Of a stretch of DNA of 61,652 nucleotides, positions 47,072 through 56,433 are shown piece after piece. Below the pieces are notes generated by a model. It saw only the letters and a program-made list of their open reading frames with translations. It had not been told where the DNA came from and did no database searches. The DNA comes from a virus. Taxonomy: Duplodnaviria; Caudoviricetes. Each line of letters opens with the position of its first letter. Within the stretch, counting starts at the first letter, position 1. The DNA lies in the IMG/VR virus record IMGVR_UViG_3300025011_000043, positions 1 through 61,652 of that record. One strand, 5' to 3'. Position numbers and translations under genes: made by a program.

Positions 47072-47488
47072 TTGGGCACATCTGATGGTTGTGGTACGAA
47101 TCACTATAAAATCTATAGTAAGTTGAGGTGGTCTCATATCTCGCCGGATGCTAAAGCCAGACGAAGGAGAAATAAAAAATTATCACGTACATTAAATACC
47201 ACGTCAGTATTTAAATGCCCTGGGTGCTTTTATTTATTTCCTTTCGGTAAGAAAGAAAGGCACACTAAAACTTTTAGCTGTACTAGATGTGGATCTTTGT
47301 TAGATATTGGGGAAATTACAATATACGACATCATCGATAAAAAACCGTATAGCAAAAAAGACACTAATAAAATAATAACATTATTTGCCGCAAACGAATG
47401 TAGCGGATCTTTATGCAGCGGGATATATTTTGGGAGATTTGAGCTGAGACAACGCTTACCAGGTTCCTATGGTTGTAATACGAGGTGA
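47072..47488 (+). CDS. Zn-ribbon hypothetical protein (start uncertain)
   Basis: CPGC..CTRC. Confidence 0.45.
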   Translation: MGTSDGCGTNHYKIYSKLRWSHISPDAKARRRRNKKLSRTLNTTSVFKCPGCFYLFPFGKKERHTKTFSCTRCGSLLDIGEITIYDIIDKKPYSKKDTNKIITLFAANECSGSLCSGIYFGRFELRQRLPGSYGCNTR

Positions 47489-47492
47489 TTAA

Positions 47493-49460
47493 ATGACTAT
47501 TCTCAGTATAGACTTGGAAACATTTAGTGATGTTGATATAAAAACGTGCGGCGCTTACAAATATGTAGCGTCGCCGGATTTTGAAATATTATTGTTCGGG
47601 TATGCGTTCGATGATAACCCTGTTACTGTCGTAGATTTGGCAAACGGTGAATTTATACCTTTGGAAGTTGAAAACTATCTTTGGCACTACACAGCCACTA
47701 AAACAGCTTATAATGCAAATTTTGAAAGACTTTGTATCGATAGACACCTTAATAAATACTCTGACGAGAAACTACCTATTGGCCAGTGGAAATGTACTGC
47801 AGTTCATGCCTTAACGCTTGGATTGCCTGGAAACCTGGATGCTGTGGCAAAAGTGTTAGGCATGGAGCAGCAAAAAGATACGTCAGGCAAGGCGCTGATT
47901 CGCTACTTCTGCCAACCGTGCAAGCCTACCAAAGCCAACGGGATGCGTACAAGGAACCTGCCGGAACATGCACCTGAGAAGTGGGAACAGTTTAAAGAAT
48001 ACTGCAGGCAGGACGTTGTTGTAGAGCGGGATATCAGAAAAAGGCTTGAAAAGTATCCCGTCCCTGCTGCAGAACATAAACTCTGGTGCCTTGACCAAAA
48101 GATTAACGATACCGGGATTCGTATTGATACCCAGCTTGTCAATAACGCTATAGCTTGTGACTTGGAATTCCAGCAGCGGAAAACTGAAGAAGCAAAAAAG
48201 CTGACGGGCCTACAAAATCCTAACAGTGTTGCACAGCTTAAAGATTGGATTTTCAGCGAGGATTGGACGGATGTTGATAGTCTTAATAAAGAAACTGTGG
48301 CGGAACTGATTAAGACTACTAAGAACGAAACTGTTAAAAAAATGCTTGAACTAAGGCAAGAAATGGCCAAAACATCAGTAAAGAAATACGATGCTATGGT
48401 AAGGGCAGTAAGGGACGACGGACGAGTAAGGGGTTTGTTTCAGTTTTACGGGGCGAATAGAACCGGCAGATGGGCTGGAAGAATTGTCCAATTTCAAAAT
48501 TTACCCAAAAACAGCATGAAGGATCTTGACATGGCCCGGCAGATTGTCAGGAGTGGCGACTTTGAAACCTTAAAAATGCTTTTTGACAGTGTGCCTAATG
48601 TCTTATCCCAGCTTATACGAACTGCTTTCATCCCTTCTGACGGTTGTATATTTTTAGTCAGTGACTTCTCAGCTATTGAGGCCAGGGTAATAGCTTGGTT
48701 AGCGAATGAGCAGTGGCGCATGGAAGTGTTCAACACTCACGGCAAGATATACGAGGCCAGTGCATCCCAGATGTTCAAAGTGCCGCTTGAAAGTATTACC
48801 AAAGCTAATCCTTTAAGGCAAAAAGGTAAAATAAGTGAATTAGCCTTGGGTTATGCGGGCGGTGTTGGTGCCCTGGTTACGATGGGAGCTTTGAAGCAGG
48901 GACTGACAGAGGAAGAACTACCAGGATTAGTTAGTACATGGCGGGCAGCTAATCCGGCCATAACGAGACTGTGGAAAGACGTTGAAAAGGCGGCCATAAG
49001 TGCCGTCAATGATAAGAAAATAATACAACTGCAGTATGGTTTAGTCTTCAGTTTTGAGTCGGGTATTTTGTTTATCAAGTTACCGTCTGGTAGACGTTTA
49101 ACATATTACAAGGCTGCAGTGGAGACTGATAAGCGGTTCAATAGACCAAAATTAACATACTGGGGTATGGATCAGGTTAAGAAGGTATGGACGAAAGTTG
49201 ACACATACGGCGGGAAATTGGTAGAAAATGTTATTCAAGCAATTGCTAGGGATTGTTTAGCGGAAGCGCTTATCAGGGTAGATGTCGCAGGTTACAAAAT
49301 TGTTAGTCACGTACATGACGAAATAGTCTGTGATGTACCTATCGGGCAGGGCAGCTTGGAAGAGCTTAACGAGATTATGGGACGGGAAATATCTTGGGCG
49401 CCCGGATTACCTACACCTGCGGATGGCTTCCAGGGTTACTATTATAAAAAGGATGATTGA
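47493..49460 (+). CDS. DNA polymerase, family A, with 3'-5' exonuclease
   Basis: SIDLET, TGRWAG, SDFSAIEARV, RQKGK.SELALGY, HVHDE. Confidence 0.95.
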   Translation: MTILSIDLETFSDVDIKTCGAYKYVASPDFEILLFGYAFDDNPVTVVDLANGEFIPLEVENYLWHYTATKTAYNANFERLCIDRHLNKYSDEKLPIGQWKCTAVHALTLGLPGNLDAVAKVLGMEQQKDTSGKALIRYFCQPCKPTKANGMRTRNLPEHAPEKWEQFKEYCRQDVVVERDIRKRLEKYPVPAAEHKLWCLDQKINDTGIRIDTQLVNNAIACDLEFQQRKTEEAKKLTGLQNPNSVAQLKDWIFSEDWTDVDSLNKETVAELIKTTKNETVKKMLELRQEMAKTSVKKYDAMVRAVRDDGRVRGLFQFYGANRTGRWAGRIVQFQNLPKNSMKDLDMARQIVRSGDFETLKMLFDSVPNVLSQLIRTAFIPSDGCIFLVSDFSAIEARVIAWLANEQWRMEVFNTHGKIYEASASQMFKVPLESITKANPLRQKGKISELALGYAGGVGALVTMGALKQGLTEEELPGLVSTWRAANPAITRLWKDVEKAAISAVNDKKIIQLQYGLVFSFESGILFIKLPSGRRLTYYKAAVETDKRFNRPKLTYWGMDQVKKVWTKVDTYGGKLVENVIQAIARDCLAEALIRVDVAGYKIVSHVHDEIVCDVPIGQGSLEELNEIMGREISWAPGLPTPADGFQGYYYKKDD

Positions 49461-50850
49461 TATAAAACTTGGATCATTATTTGACGGAGTGGCAATGTTT
49501 CCTCTGGCAGCAAAACGGAATGGGATTAAAGCAGTTTGGGCGAGTGAGATAGAGGTTTTTCCGCTAAAGGTTAGCCAGCATCACTTTCCCGACATGAGGC
49601 ACTTGGGCGACATTTGCCTGATTAATGGGGGGGAAATTGAACCTGTTGACATAATTACTTTCGGCAGTCCTTGTCAGGACTTATCTATAGCAGGCAAACG
49701 TGAGGGCATGGCAGGGGAGAGGTCGGGATTGTTTAGTCAAGCAATAAGGATAATACGAGAAATGCAGGAGGCGACAAATGGGAAATACCCTCGATACGCA
49801 ATATGGGAGAACGTGCCCGGGGCATTTAGTTCAAACTCAGGACAGGATTTTAGGGCAGTCCTTGAAGAAATCACAGCGTCCGAAATTCCAAGGCCTCAAT
49901 CTGGAAAGTGGGCAAACGCTGGAATGGTCAGAGGGAATGGGTATAGTGTTGCTTGGCGAGTCTGTGATGCGCAATATTGGGGAGTCGCCCAGCGTCGTAA
50001 GAGAATCTTTCTTGTCGCAGATTTTAGAGGCCAACGTGCCCCAGAAATATTATTTGAGTGCGAAAGCATGTCAGGGTATTTTGAGACGAGCAAAGAAGCG
50101 AGGGAAGAAGTTGCCGGAAGTGTTGGAAATGGCGTTGAGAAGCCAAGCGGGGTTTGGGCATTTATAGGTAAAAATTCAGCGGCATCACGAACAATCGGAG
50201 AAACAGAAAATATTTCACCGACATTAGATGCTACTAAGGCAGGGGCGTTAGCGGCACAACCGGGGGTTCATCAACAAACCTTTGTTATCCAATCCGCAAC
50301 CATGGGCGGAGATAAGAATCAAAACGGTTTAGGTGTGTCTGATGGCCCGTGCTATACGCTAGATTGTCGGGCGGATCATGCAGTTGCTCATTTGATAGCG
50401 TTTAACGGTAGGCAAGATCCTGTTTATGGGGCAGTGACTGGGGCGATTGATACCGATCAAGCGACACAGTGTATCGCATATCCCGAACCTGCAAATGCTC
50501 TGCTCGCAAAAGGCAATCTGTCCTACCGTGCTGATGTTGATAATTTAGTTTGTGCCGTAGATGTCCGTAACCTTTACGAGACAGAGGAATTAAACGGAAC
50601 GGTGCAATCAAAACAGACAGGCGGTTATTCGCTTAACTATCAAAATCCGGTTAGGGTAGGTTACGCAGTCAGACGACTTATGCCGATAGAGTGCGAGCGT
50701 TTAATGTCCATGCCGGACGGTTGGACTGATATCCCAGGAGCATCCAACACAGCACGTTACAAGGCAATTGGAAATTCACTTGTTATGTTAATACCTGATT
50801 GGATATTTAGTCAGATAAACAGAATCGAAATTGAAGAAATGTTAGGATAA
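49453..50850 (+). CDS. C5-cytosine DNA methyltransferase (main polypeptide)
   Basis: SLFDG, GSPCQDLS, ENV, Q.R.RIF, RRL.P.ECERL, RYKAIGNS. Confidence 0.93.
   Translation: MIDIKLGSLFDGVAMFPLAAKRNGIKAVWASEIEVFPLKVSQHHFPDMRHLGDICLINGGEIEPVDIITFGSPCQDLSIAGKREGMAGERSGLFSQAIRIIREMQEATNGKYPRYAIWENVPGAFSSNSGQDFRAVLEEITASEIPRPQSGKWANAGMVRGNGYSVAWRVCDAQYWGVAQRRKRIFLVADFRGQRAPEILFECESMSGYFETSKEAREEVAGSVGNGVEKPSGVWAFIGKNSAASRTIGETENISPTLDATKAGALAAQPGVHQQTFVIQSATMGGDKNQNGLGVSDGPCYTLDCRADHAVAHLIAFNGRQDPVYGAVTGAIDTDQATQCIAYPEPANALLAKGNLSYRADVDNLVCAVDVRNLYETEELNGTVQSKQTGGYSLNYQNPVRVGYAVRRLMPIECERLMSMPDGWTDIPGASNTARYKAIGNSLVMLIPDWIFSQINRIEIEEMLG
49778..50167 (+). CDS. Out-of-frame overlapping ORF, probable second MTase subunit
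   Basis: RBS AGGAGG 7 nt before ATG; LSQILEANVPQKYYLSAKACQGILRRA. Confidence 0.7.
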   Translation: MGNTLDTQYGRTCPGHLVQTQDRILGQSLKKSQRPKFQGLNLESGQTLEWSEGMGIVLLGESVMRNIGESPSVVRESFLSQILEANVPQKYYLSAKACQGILRRAKKRGKKLPEVLEMALRSQAGFGHL

Positions 50851-50944
50851 CTGACTACAGCGGATAAGACTACTATTGTCGCTCAAAATATATAGAAGTT
50901 TAGCTAAACATCAAACGATTGTAGCAAAAACTGAGGTGAAATAG

Positions 50945-51274
50945 TTGGAATTATTAGTCGGTGAAAATTTAAAGATTACATCGGACCGTTTAAATTATAT
51001 TATCGAACAGCGGAAAGTCAGGACTGAAGGAGAGAACATCGGTGAGGAATACTGGGTAAATGCCGGTTACTACTCTCAATTTGACGAAACAATTTTTAAG
51101 CACCTAATTAATTTAGGTTTAAGAACATCGGATTTGAAAGGTGCCAGGGAGATACTTGATTACTTGGCAGAAATTCGCAAAGACATTTTAAAGCTGGATT
51201 TCCGAGAGTGTATCAAGAAGCTGAAGCAGGAACCGGTTGGGATTGAAGAAACTGACGATGATATGCTCGGATGA
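50945..51274 (+). CDS. Hypothetical protein
   Basis: ITSD..NYI..W...GYY; ends DDDMLG. Confidence 0.65.
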   Translation: MELLVGENLKITSDRLNYIIEQRKVRTEGENIGEEYWVNAGYYSQFDETIFKHLINLGLRTSDLKGAREILDYLAEIRKDILKLDFRECIKKLKQEPVGIEETDDDMLG

Positions 51275-51573
51275 TAGCAGCACTGATTAACCGGCGGCGT
51301 AGGCAAATATTAATACACTCTTATATTTATTACAAACTTGGGACGTCTATAATAGCTGATCACACTTGGGATAAGTGGGCGAGGGATCTTGTTGACTTGC
51401 AAAAGGCTTATCCCAAGATAGCTAAAAGTTTACCTTACCATGATGTTTTTAAGGATTTTGATGGTTCATCGGGATTTTACCTGCCTGCTGATGAATGGAC
51501 GGTGAACAATGCTTTACAGTTGTTACGGATACACGACAGAGTACAGGCGGAAATTGACGATATGCTCGGATAG
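51271..51573 (+). CDS. Stand-alone NAD-ligase domain Ia-like protein
   Basis: HSYIYY...SII.D..WD...L..L...YP. Confidence 0.65.
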   Translation: MIAALINRRRRQILIHSYIYYKLGTSIIADHTWDKWARDLVDLQKAYPKIAKSLPYHDVFKDFDGSSGFYLPADEWTVNNALQLLRIHDRVQAEIDDMLG

Positions 51574-51577
51574 GAGA

Positions 51578-52345
51578 GTGATTGAATTTTTAAACAGTAT
51601 CATTCTTGGTAACTGCTTGGATGTGATGACTCAAATACCTAATAAGTCAGTTAACATGATCCTTTGTGATCTACCATATGGCACTACTGAATGTAGTTGG
51701 GATACCATCATTCCTTTTGTACCTTTGTGGGCACAGTACGAGCGTATCATAACAGACGACGGCGCGATAGTATTAACTGCTAGTCAGCCATTTACCAGTG
51801 CACTGATTATGAGCAATATAAAGATGTTTAAATATTGTTGGGTATGGCGTAAAAGCTGCGGCGCTGGATTTCTTAACGCTAAAAACGCACCGATTAAGAT
51901 GCACGAAGATATATGCGTATTCAGTAAAGGCGCCACTGCTAACGGGAGTAAAAGAAACATGGCATACTACCCGCAAGATCTAACTCCTGTAGAGAGATAC
52001 AGAAATAGAACAGGTGAGCACAGCAATGCTGTTGGTACTAGACCAAGCAGGCAAAAAGGTTATACTCAGAAATTCACAGGATATCCGGTAAGTATCCTGT
52101 ATTACCCTAACGATAGAAACATGATGCACGACACGACTAAACCAGTAGCTTTATTTGAGTATCTGATAAAAACGTATACCAACGAAGGGGATACTGTTTT
52201 AGATAACTGCATAGGTAGTGGTACGACTGCCTTAGCTTGTATCAATACGGGTAGAAAATTTATAGGTATTGACATATTGCAAGAATGGGTTGATGCGAGC
52301 AAAGCTAGAATTAACGAATTAGAAATTAGTAACATGCTGGGGTGA
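51578..52345 (+). CDS. N6-adenine/N4-cytosine DNA methyltransferase (beta class)
   Basis: DLPYG, H.T.KPV.L, VLDNCIGSGTT. Confidence 0.9.
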   Translation: MIEFLNSIILGNCLDVMTQIPNKSVNMILCDLPYGTTECSWDTIIPFVPLWAQYERIITDDGAIVLTASQPFTSALIMSNIKMFKYCWVWRKSCGAGFLNAKNAPIKMHEDICVFSKGATANGSKRNMAYYPQDLTPVERYRNRTGEHSNAVGTRPSRQKGYTQKFTGYPVSILYYPNDRNMMHDTTKPVALFEYLIKTYTNEGDTVLDNCIGSGTTALACINTGRKFIGIDILQEWVDASKARINELEISNMLG

Positions 52346-52349
52346 TTTA

Positions 52350-53714
52350 TTGGATTATCAGGAATTTTTAGAGAGCAAGAAAACGACAGTACAGAGCTGC
52401 GGATTTAAAATCGGTAACGATGAAATTAATTCAACTGCTAAATTATTTCAAGCGGATATAGCGAGGTGGGCGCTGCAGAAAGGCAGAGCAGCTATATTTG
52501 CCGGGACAGGGCTTGGAAAGACTTTTATGCAACTTGAATGGGCGGATAAGGTTTGTGATTATACATTCGGGGATGTGCTGATAGCTGCACCTTTGGCAGT
52601 GGCTCAGCAGACAGTTCGCGAAGGTGATAAATTCGGTATAAAAGTAAATTACTGCCGGTGTCAGGACGATGTAAAAGCCGGTATCAATATAACTAATTAT
52701 GAAATGTTGGGTAAATTTGATCCTGATAAGTTTGAAGGTATTGTGTTAGATGAATCATCAATACTGAAATCTTTTACAGGGAAAGTAAGAACTCAGATTA
52801 TCGAGACATTCCGAAATACTCCTTACAGGCTTGCCTGTACAGCTACACCGGCACCAAACGATATTATGGAATTATGTAATCACGCTGAATTTTTAGGTGT
52901 AATGACAAGGGCCGAAATGTTGGCTATGTGGTTCGTGCATGACGGTGGGGATACGTCGAAATGGCGACTAAAGGGCCATGTCAAAGAGAGCTTTTGGACT
53001 TGGATTGCTAGTTGGGCAGTGATGCTGCAGAACCCGAAAGACCTTGGCTATGACGGTACAGAATACGAACTTCCGGAATTGAATATCATCCCTGTTGTTG
53101 TGGAGATGGACGGGCATGAAGCAAGGACTATGACGGAGAGAAGACGGGCCCGGAAGGAAAGTGTTGATTTAAGGGTAGCTGCAGCGGCAGAGATAGTTAA
53201 CTGGTCGGATGATCATTGGTTAATATGGTGCGGTTTGAACGATGAATCGGACAAGCTCACGAAGTCGATTGACGGAGCTGTGGGGATTAGGGGCAGTCAT
53301 AAACCGGAATACAAAGAAAAAACTATGACTGACTTTTCAGCCGGAGAGGTTAAAAAACTGGTTAGTAAGGCATCAATCTGTGGGTACGGTATGAATTTCC
53401 AAGTATGCCATAACATGATATTTGTCGGGTTATCCGATAGCTTTGAACAGTATTTCCAAGCGGTGCGCCGGTGCTGGAGATTCGGGCAGACGGAGAAAGT
53501 TAATGTGTATGTCGTAACTGCATCGACAGAGGGCGCGGTAGTCGATAACGTGAAGCGCAAGGAAGAAGAATTCAACGCTATGTTGTCAGGGATGATTGCT
53601 GCAACACAAGAGATTACCCGGGAGAATATTCAAGCCACTTTAAGAGATACAGCGGTTTATGATCCGCAGGTGCCAATGGTATTACCCGATTGGTTGGGAG
53701 GGATTGCTGTTTGA
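52350..53714 (+). CDS. SF2 (SNF2-like) helicase
   Basis: TGLGKT, LDESS, TATP, QAVRRCWRFGQ. Confidence 0.88.
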   Translation: MDYQEFLESKKTTVQSCGFKIGNDEINSTAKLFQADIARWALQKGRAAIFAGTGLGKTFMQLEWADKVCDYTFGDVLIAAPLAVAQQTVREGDKFGIKVNYCRCQDDVKAGINITNYEMLGKFDPDKFEGIVLDESSILKSFTGKVRTQIIETFRNTPYRLACTATPAPNDIMELCNHAEFLGVMTRAEMLAMWFVHDGGDTSKWRLKGHVKESFWTWIASWAVMLQNPKDLGYDGTEYELPELNIIPVVVEMDGHEARTMTERRRARKESVDLRVAAAAEIVNWSDDHWLIWCGLNDESDKLTKSIDGAVGIRGSHKPEYKEKTMTDFSAGEVKKLVSKASICGYGMNFQVCHNMIFVGLSDSFEQYFQAVRRCWRFGQTEKVNVYVVTASTEGAVVDNVKRKEEEFNAMLSGMIAATQEITRENIQATLRDTAVYDPQVPMVLPDWLGGIAV

Positions 53715-54658
53715 TAAATGTTTTAAACCAGTCAGTCACCCGTGATTATGCTGTTTATCACGGTGACAGCATGGAGGTTATAAGGGGGATACCAACAGAT
53801 TCTTTGCATTGTTCTATATTCTCCCCGCCGTTTGAAAATCTTTACACTTATTCAAATTCTATCAGGGATTTAGGCAATTCTAAAAATCAGGTCCAGTTTA
53901 TGAAGCATTTTAGATTTTTGATAAGTGAGCTTTACCGTTCCATGATGCCTGGCAGGTTGGTAATTATACATTGTATGGACTTGCCAAAGATGAAGAGCAG
54001 GGACGGGGTTATTGGTCTTAGAGACTTCCCTGCTATTGTCCGCAAAATGTTTGAAAATGCGGGTTTTATATATCACCCAAAGGTTACTATTTGGAAAAAC
54101 CCTGTTACTGAGATGCAAAGGACAAAGGCGCTGGGCCTGCTCCACAAAACTGTAGTAAAAGATAGTGCCATGAGTCGCCAGGGGATGGCCGATTACATTG
54201 TAGTTATGCGGAAACCAGGGGTTAACCCGGAAGCTATATCGGGAGAATTTACACATTACGCGGGGGATGATCCAGAAGGTGTCTTTGGTTACACCCAGCA
54301 GGGTAACGACGTTAAAAAGTCCATTCAAATATGGCAGCGTTACGCCAGTCCTGTGTGGTTCGACATAAACCAAAGTAATACACTGCAGAGGAAAAGCGCA
54401 AGAGATGAAAACGACGAAAGGCATATTTGCCCTTTACAGCTTGATATCATTGAACGGTGCCTGCAACTGTGGAGTAACCCGGGAGATACCATATTTGATC
54501 CTTTTGCAGGTATTATGAGTGTCGGTTACAAGGCTGTTTTGATGCTTAGAAAAGCCGTCATGGTAGAGCTGAAAGATAGCTACTATAGGCAAGGCGTTGG
54601 CAACATGGAAAACGCTGTGGTTGAGAGAGATAAAGAACTTGACGATATGCTGGGGTGA
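53711..54658 (+). CDS. N4-cytosine/N6-adenine DNA methyltransferase
   Basis: FSPPF, HICPLQ, DPFAG. Confidence 0.9.
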   Translation: MINVLNQSVTRDYAVYHGDSMEVIRGIPTDSLHCSIFSPPFENLYTYSNSIRDLGNSKNQVQFMKHFRFLISELYRSMMPGRLVIIHCMDLPKMKSRDGVIGLRDFPAIVRKMFENAGFIYHPKVTIWKNPVTEMQRTKALGLLHKTVVKDSAMSRQGMADYIVVMRKPGVNPEAISGEFTHYAGDDPEGVFGYTQQGNDVKKSIQIWQRYASPVWFDINQSNTLQRKSARDENDERHICPLQLDIIERCLQLWSNPGDTIFDPFAGIMSVGYKAVLMLRKAVMVELKDSYYRQGVGNMENAVVERDKELDDMLG

Positions 54659-54945
54659 TTAGTTTGAGGATGTGCAAGCGTAAAGCTGAAATTACAAGGC
54701 AAGCTCTGACAAAGGACAAACTGATAGAACTACTTATCAAATACAAACTGACCCGTGAGCAGGTAGGTAAATCCTACGGAATATCTACGTCAGCTGTCGG
54801 TAGGTTGCTTAAGGATTACGATATCAATTTAGCAATCGAAAGGAAAGAGTTTAAGGGCGCATCATCTAACGCTAATAAGGTGCTATCGTCTTTTAAATGC
54901 GCCGGGAAGGTTAGTTTTAGAAAAGATTACATGGGGATGTGGTAA
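54655..54945 (+). CDS. HTH protein
   Basis: LTREQVGKSYGISTSAVGRLL. Confidence 0.6.
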   Translation: MISLRMCKRKAEITRQALTKDKLIELLIKYKLTREQVGKSYGISTSAVGRLLKDYDINLAIERKEFKGASSNANKVLSSFKCAGKVSFRKDYMGMW

Positions 54946-54949
54946 ACGT

Positions 54950-55417
54950 TTGAGAGTATCCGGTATAACATCCGATTCTATCTTAGATGGTCCTGGTTTA
55001 AGGGTAGTATTATTTGTCCAAGGTTGCCCGCACGGTTGCAAAGATTGTCACAATCCATCAACGTGGGACAAGTCGGGCGGATATGAGATGTCGATATACA
55101 GTGTTGAGAAAGACATTTTAAGTAGGTTAACACCTATGCACCAGGGCGTTACTTTCAGCGGTGGCGAACCATTCGACCAGTCGGAAGAATTATTGATGTT
55201 AGCTTGTCGGCTAAAATATTGGGTTAAGGACATTGTAGTTTATAGTGGTTACAAAATGCGCGAACTATTAGGTAACGGTTTGCTGGGCGCTGTTGACTAT
55301 CTGATTGATGGGAAATTCGAGATAGATGGGCGAGATATTGGTCTAAAGTGGCGCGGTAGCAGTAATCAAATAATTTGGAAAAAGGTTAATGGTATCTGGG
55401 TAAAGGAGAGTGATTAA
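54950..55417 (+). CDS. nrdG: Anaerobic RNR activating enzyme (radical SAM)
   Basis: DGPGLR..LF.QGCPHGCKDCHNP, FSGGEP, WRGSSNQ. Confidence 0.9.
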   Translation: MRVSGITSDSILDGPGLRVVLFVQGCPHGCKDCHNPSTWDKSGGYEMSIYSVEKDILSRLTPMHQGVTFSGGEPFDQSEELLMLACRLKYWVKDIVVYSGYKMRELLGNGLLGAVDYLIDGKFEIDGRDIGLKWRGSSNQIIWKKVNGIWVKESD

Positions 55418-55976
55418 TCTGTCGGAACGTATAGGAGATTATGTTGAAACGTATACTGGTAAGCAGTTTTGGCCGCTGGAACCGCGACCAGAGGATGTTT
55501 GTATAGAGGATATAGCACATTCATTGAGTATGCAGTGCCGGTTTAATGGTCATTGTAGCCGGTTTTACAGTGTTGCTGAGCATAGTGTAAAGGTATCCAT
55601 TGAGATGCTTATTCGTGGTTATGACAAGCAGATGCGCCTTTATGGGTTATTACATGACGCAGCAGAAGCTTATTGCTGTGACATACCAAGACCTTTAAAA
55701 AGTTTGCTCAAAGGTTACGGAGAAATGGAAGACCATATACAGCAAGTTATTTGGCAGGCTTTTGGTTTACCCGAGCCTACTATCAGTCAGTACAAAATAA
55801 TTAAGCATGTAGATAATTGTTATTTGCGTAAAGAAGGAACTATCCTGATGCCAAACACAGATGATTGGGTTAGTAAAATTGTAGATTGGGATCCTGTTTA
55901 TATAGATATTTACGGATTATCGCAAAGCGATTCCAAAAAACAATTCATACAGATATTCGAAGAATTAAAACGATAA
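55410..55976 (+). CDS. HD-domain 5'-deoxynucleotidase (YfbR-like)
   Basis: DIAHSLS..CRFNGH..FYSVAEHS, LLHDAAEAY..DIP.PLK. Confidence 0.88.
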   Translation: MINLSERIGDYVETYTGKQFWPLEPRPEDVCIEDIAHSLSMQCRFNGHCSRFYSVAEHSVKVSIEMLIRGYDKQMRLYGLLHDAAEAYCCDIPRPLKSLLKGYGEMEDHIQQVIWQAFGLPEPTISQYKIIKHVDNCYLRKEGTILMPNTDDWVSKIVDWDPVYIDIYGLSQSDSKKQFIQIFEELKR

Positions 55977-56050
55977 TAGAAAAAACTAGATGAGCAAAGT
56001 AAAACTTAGCTATTAGGTGTAAACCGTGCAATTAAAACCAAATATACCGC

Positions 56051-56218
56051 TTGCCTTTATCTGACAGACATAATATAATTAGCGGACAACCTAATACTTA
56101 TATGTAACAATTGACCGTTGTTACATATAAGACGATAACGCTAATACGTGAAACAGTAGGCAAGTGAGCCACGGTCGATGTTTAGTCATCGAAGTGTGGA
56201 CGCTTGCCTTTTTATTTT
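56051..56218 (+). promoter_or_regulatory. Promoter and attenuator-like leader of the replication operon
   Basis: TTGCCT-N17-TATAAT; 14-bp hairpin 56097-56131; long hairpin 56158-56209 with T run. Confidence 0.6.
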
Positions 56219-56241
56219 GTCTAAAAAGGTGGTGTAAGGAA

Positions 56242-56433
56242 ATGGAATTAGGTAAAGAAACAATGAGTATTAAAGAATTCGCTGAAAAAATGAGTATAAG
56301 CAGAAGTTTAGCTTATAAACTTGCGGCTACCGGGCAAATACCTGTTATCAGACTGAGCAAGCGTAAGTTAGTGATACCGATGCAGGCGGTCGAAAAAATG
56401 TTGAATAGTGTACTGACGCTGCAGGAGGCGTGA
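56242..56433 (+). CDS. Excisionase-like HTH protein
   Basis: MSIKEFAEKMSISRSLAYKL..G.IP.IRL. Confidence 0.8.
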   Translation: MELGKETMSIKEFAEKMSISRSLAYKLAATGQIPVIRLSKRKLVIPMQAVEKMLNSVLTLQEA

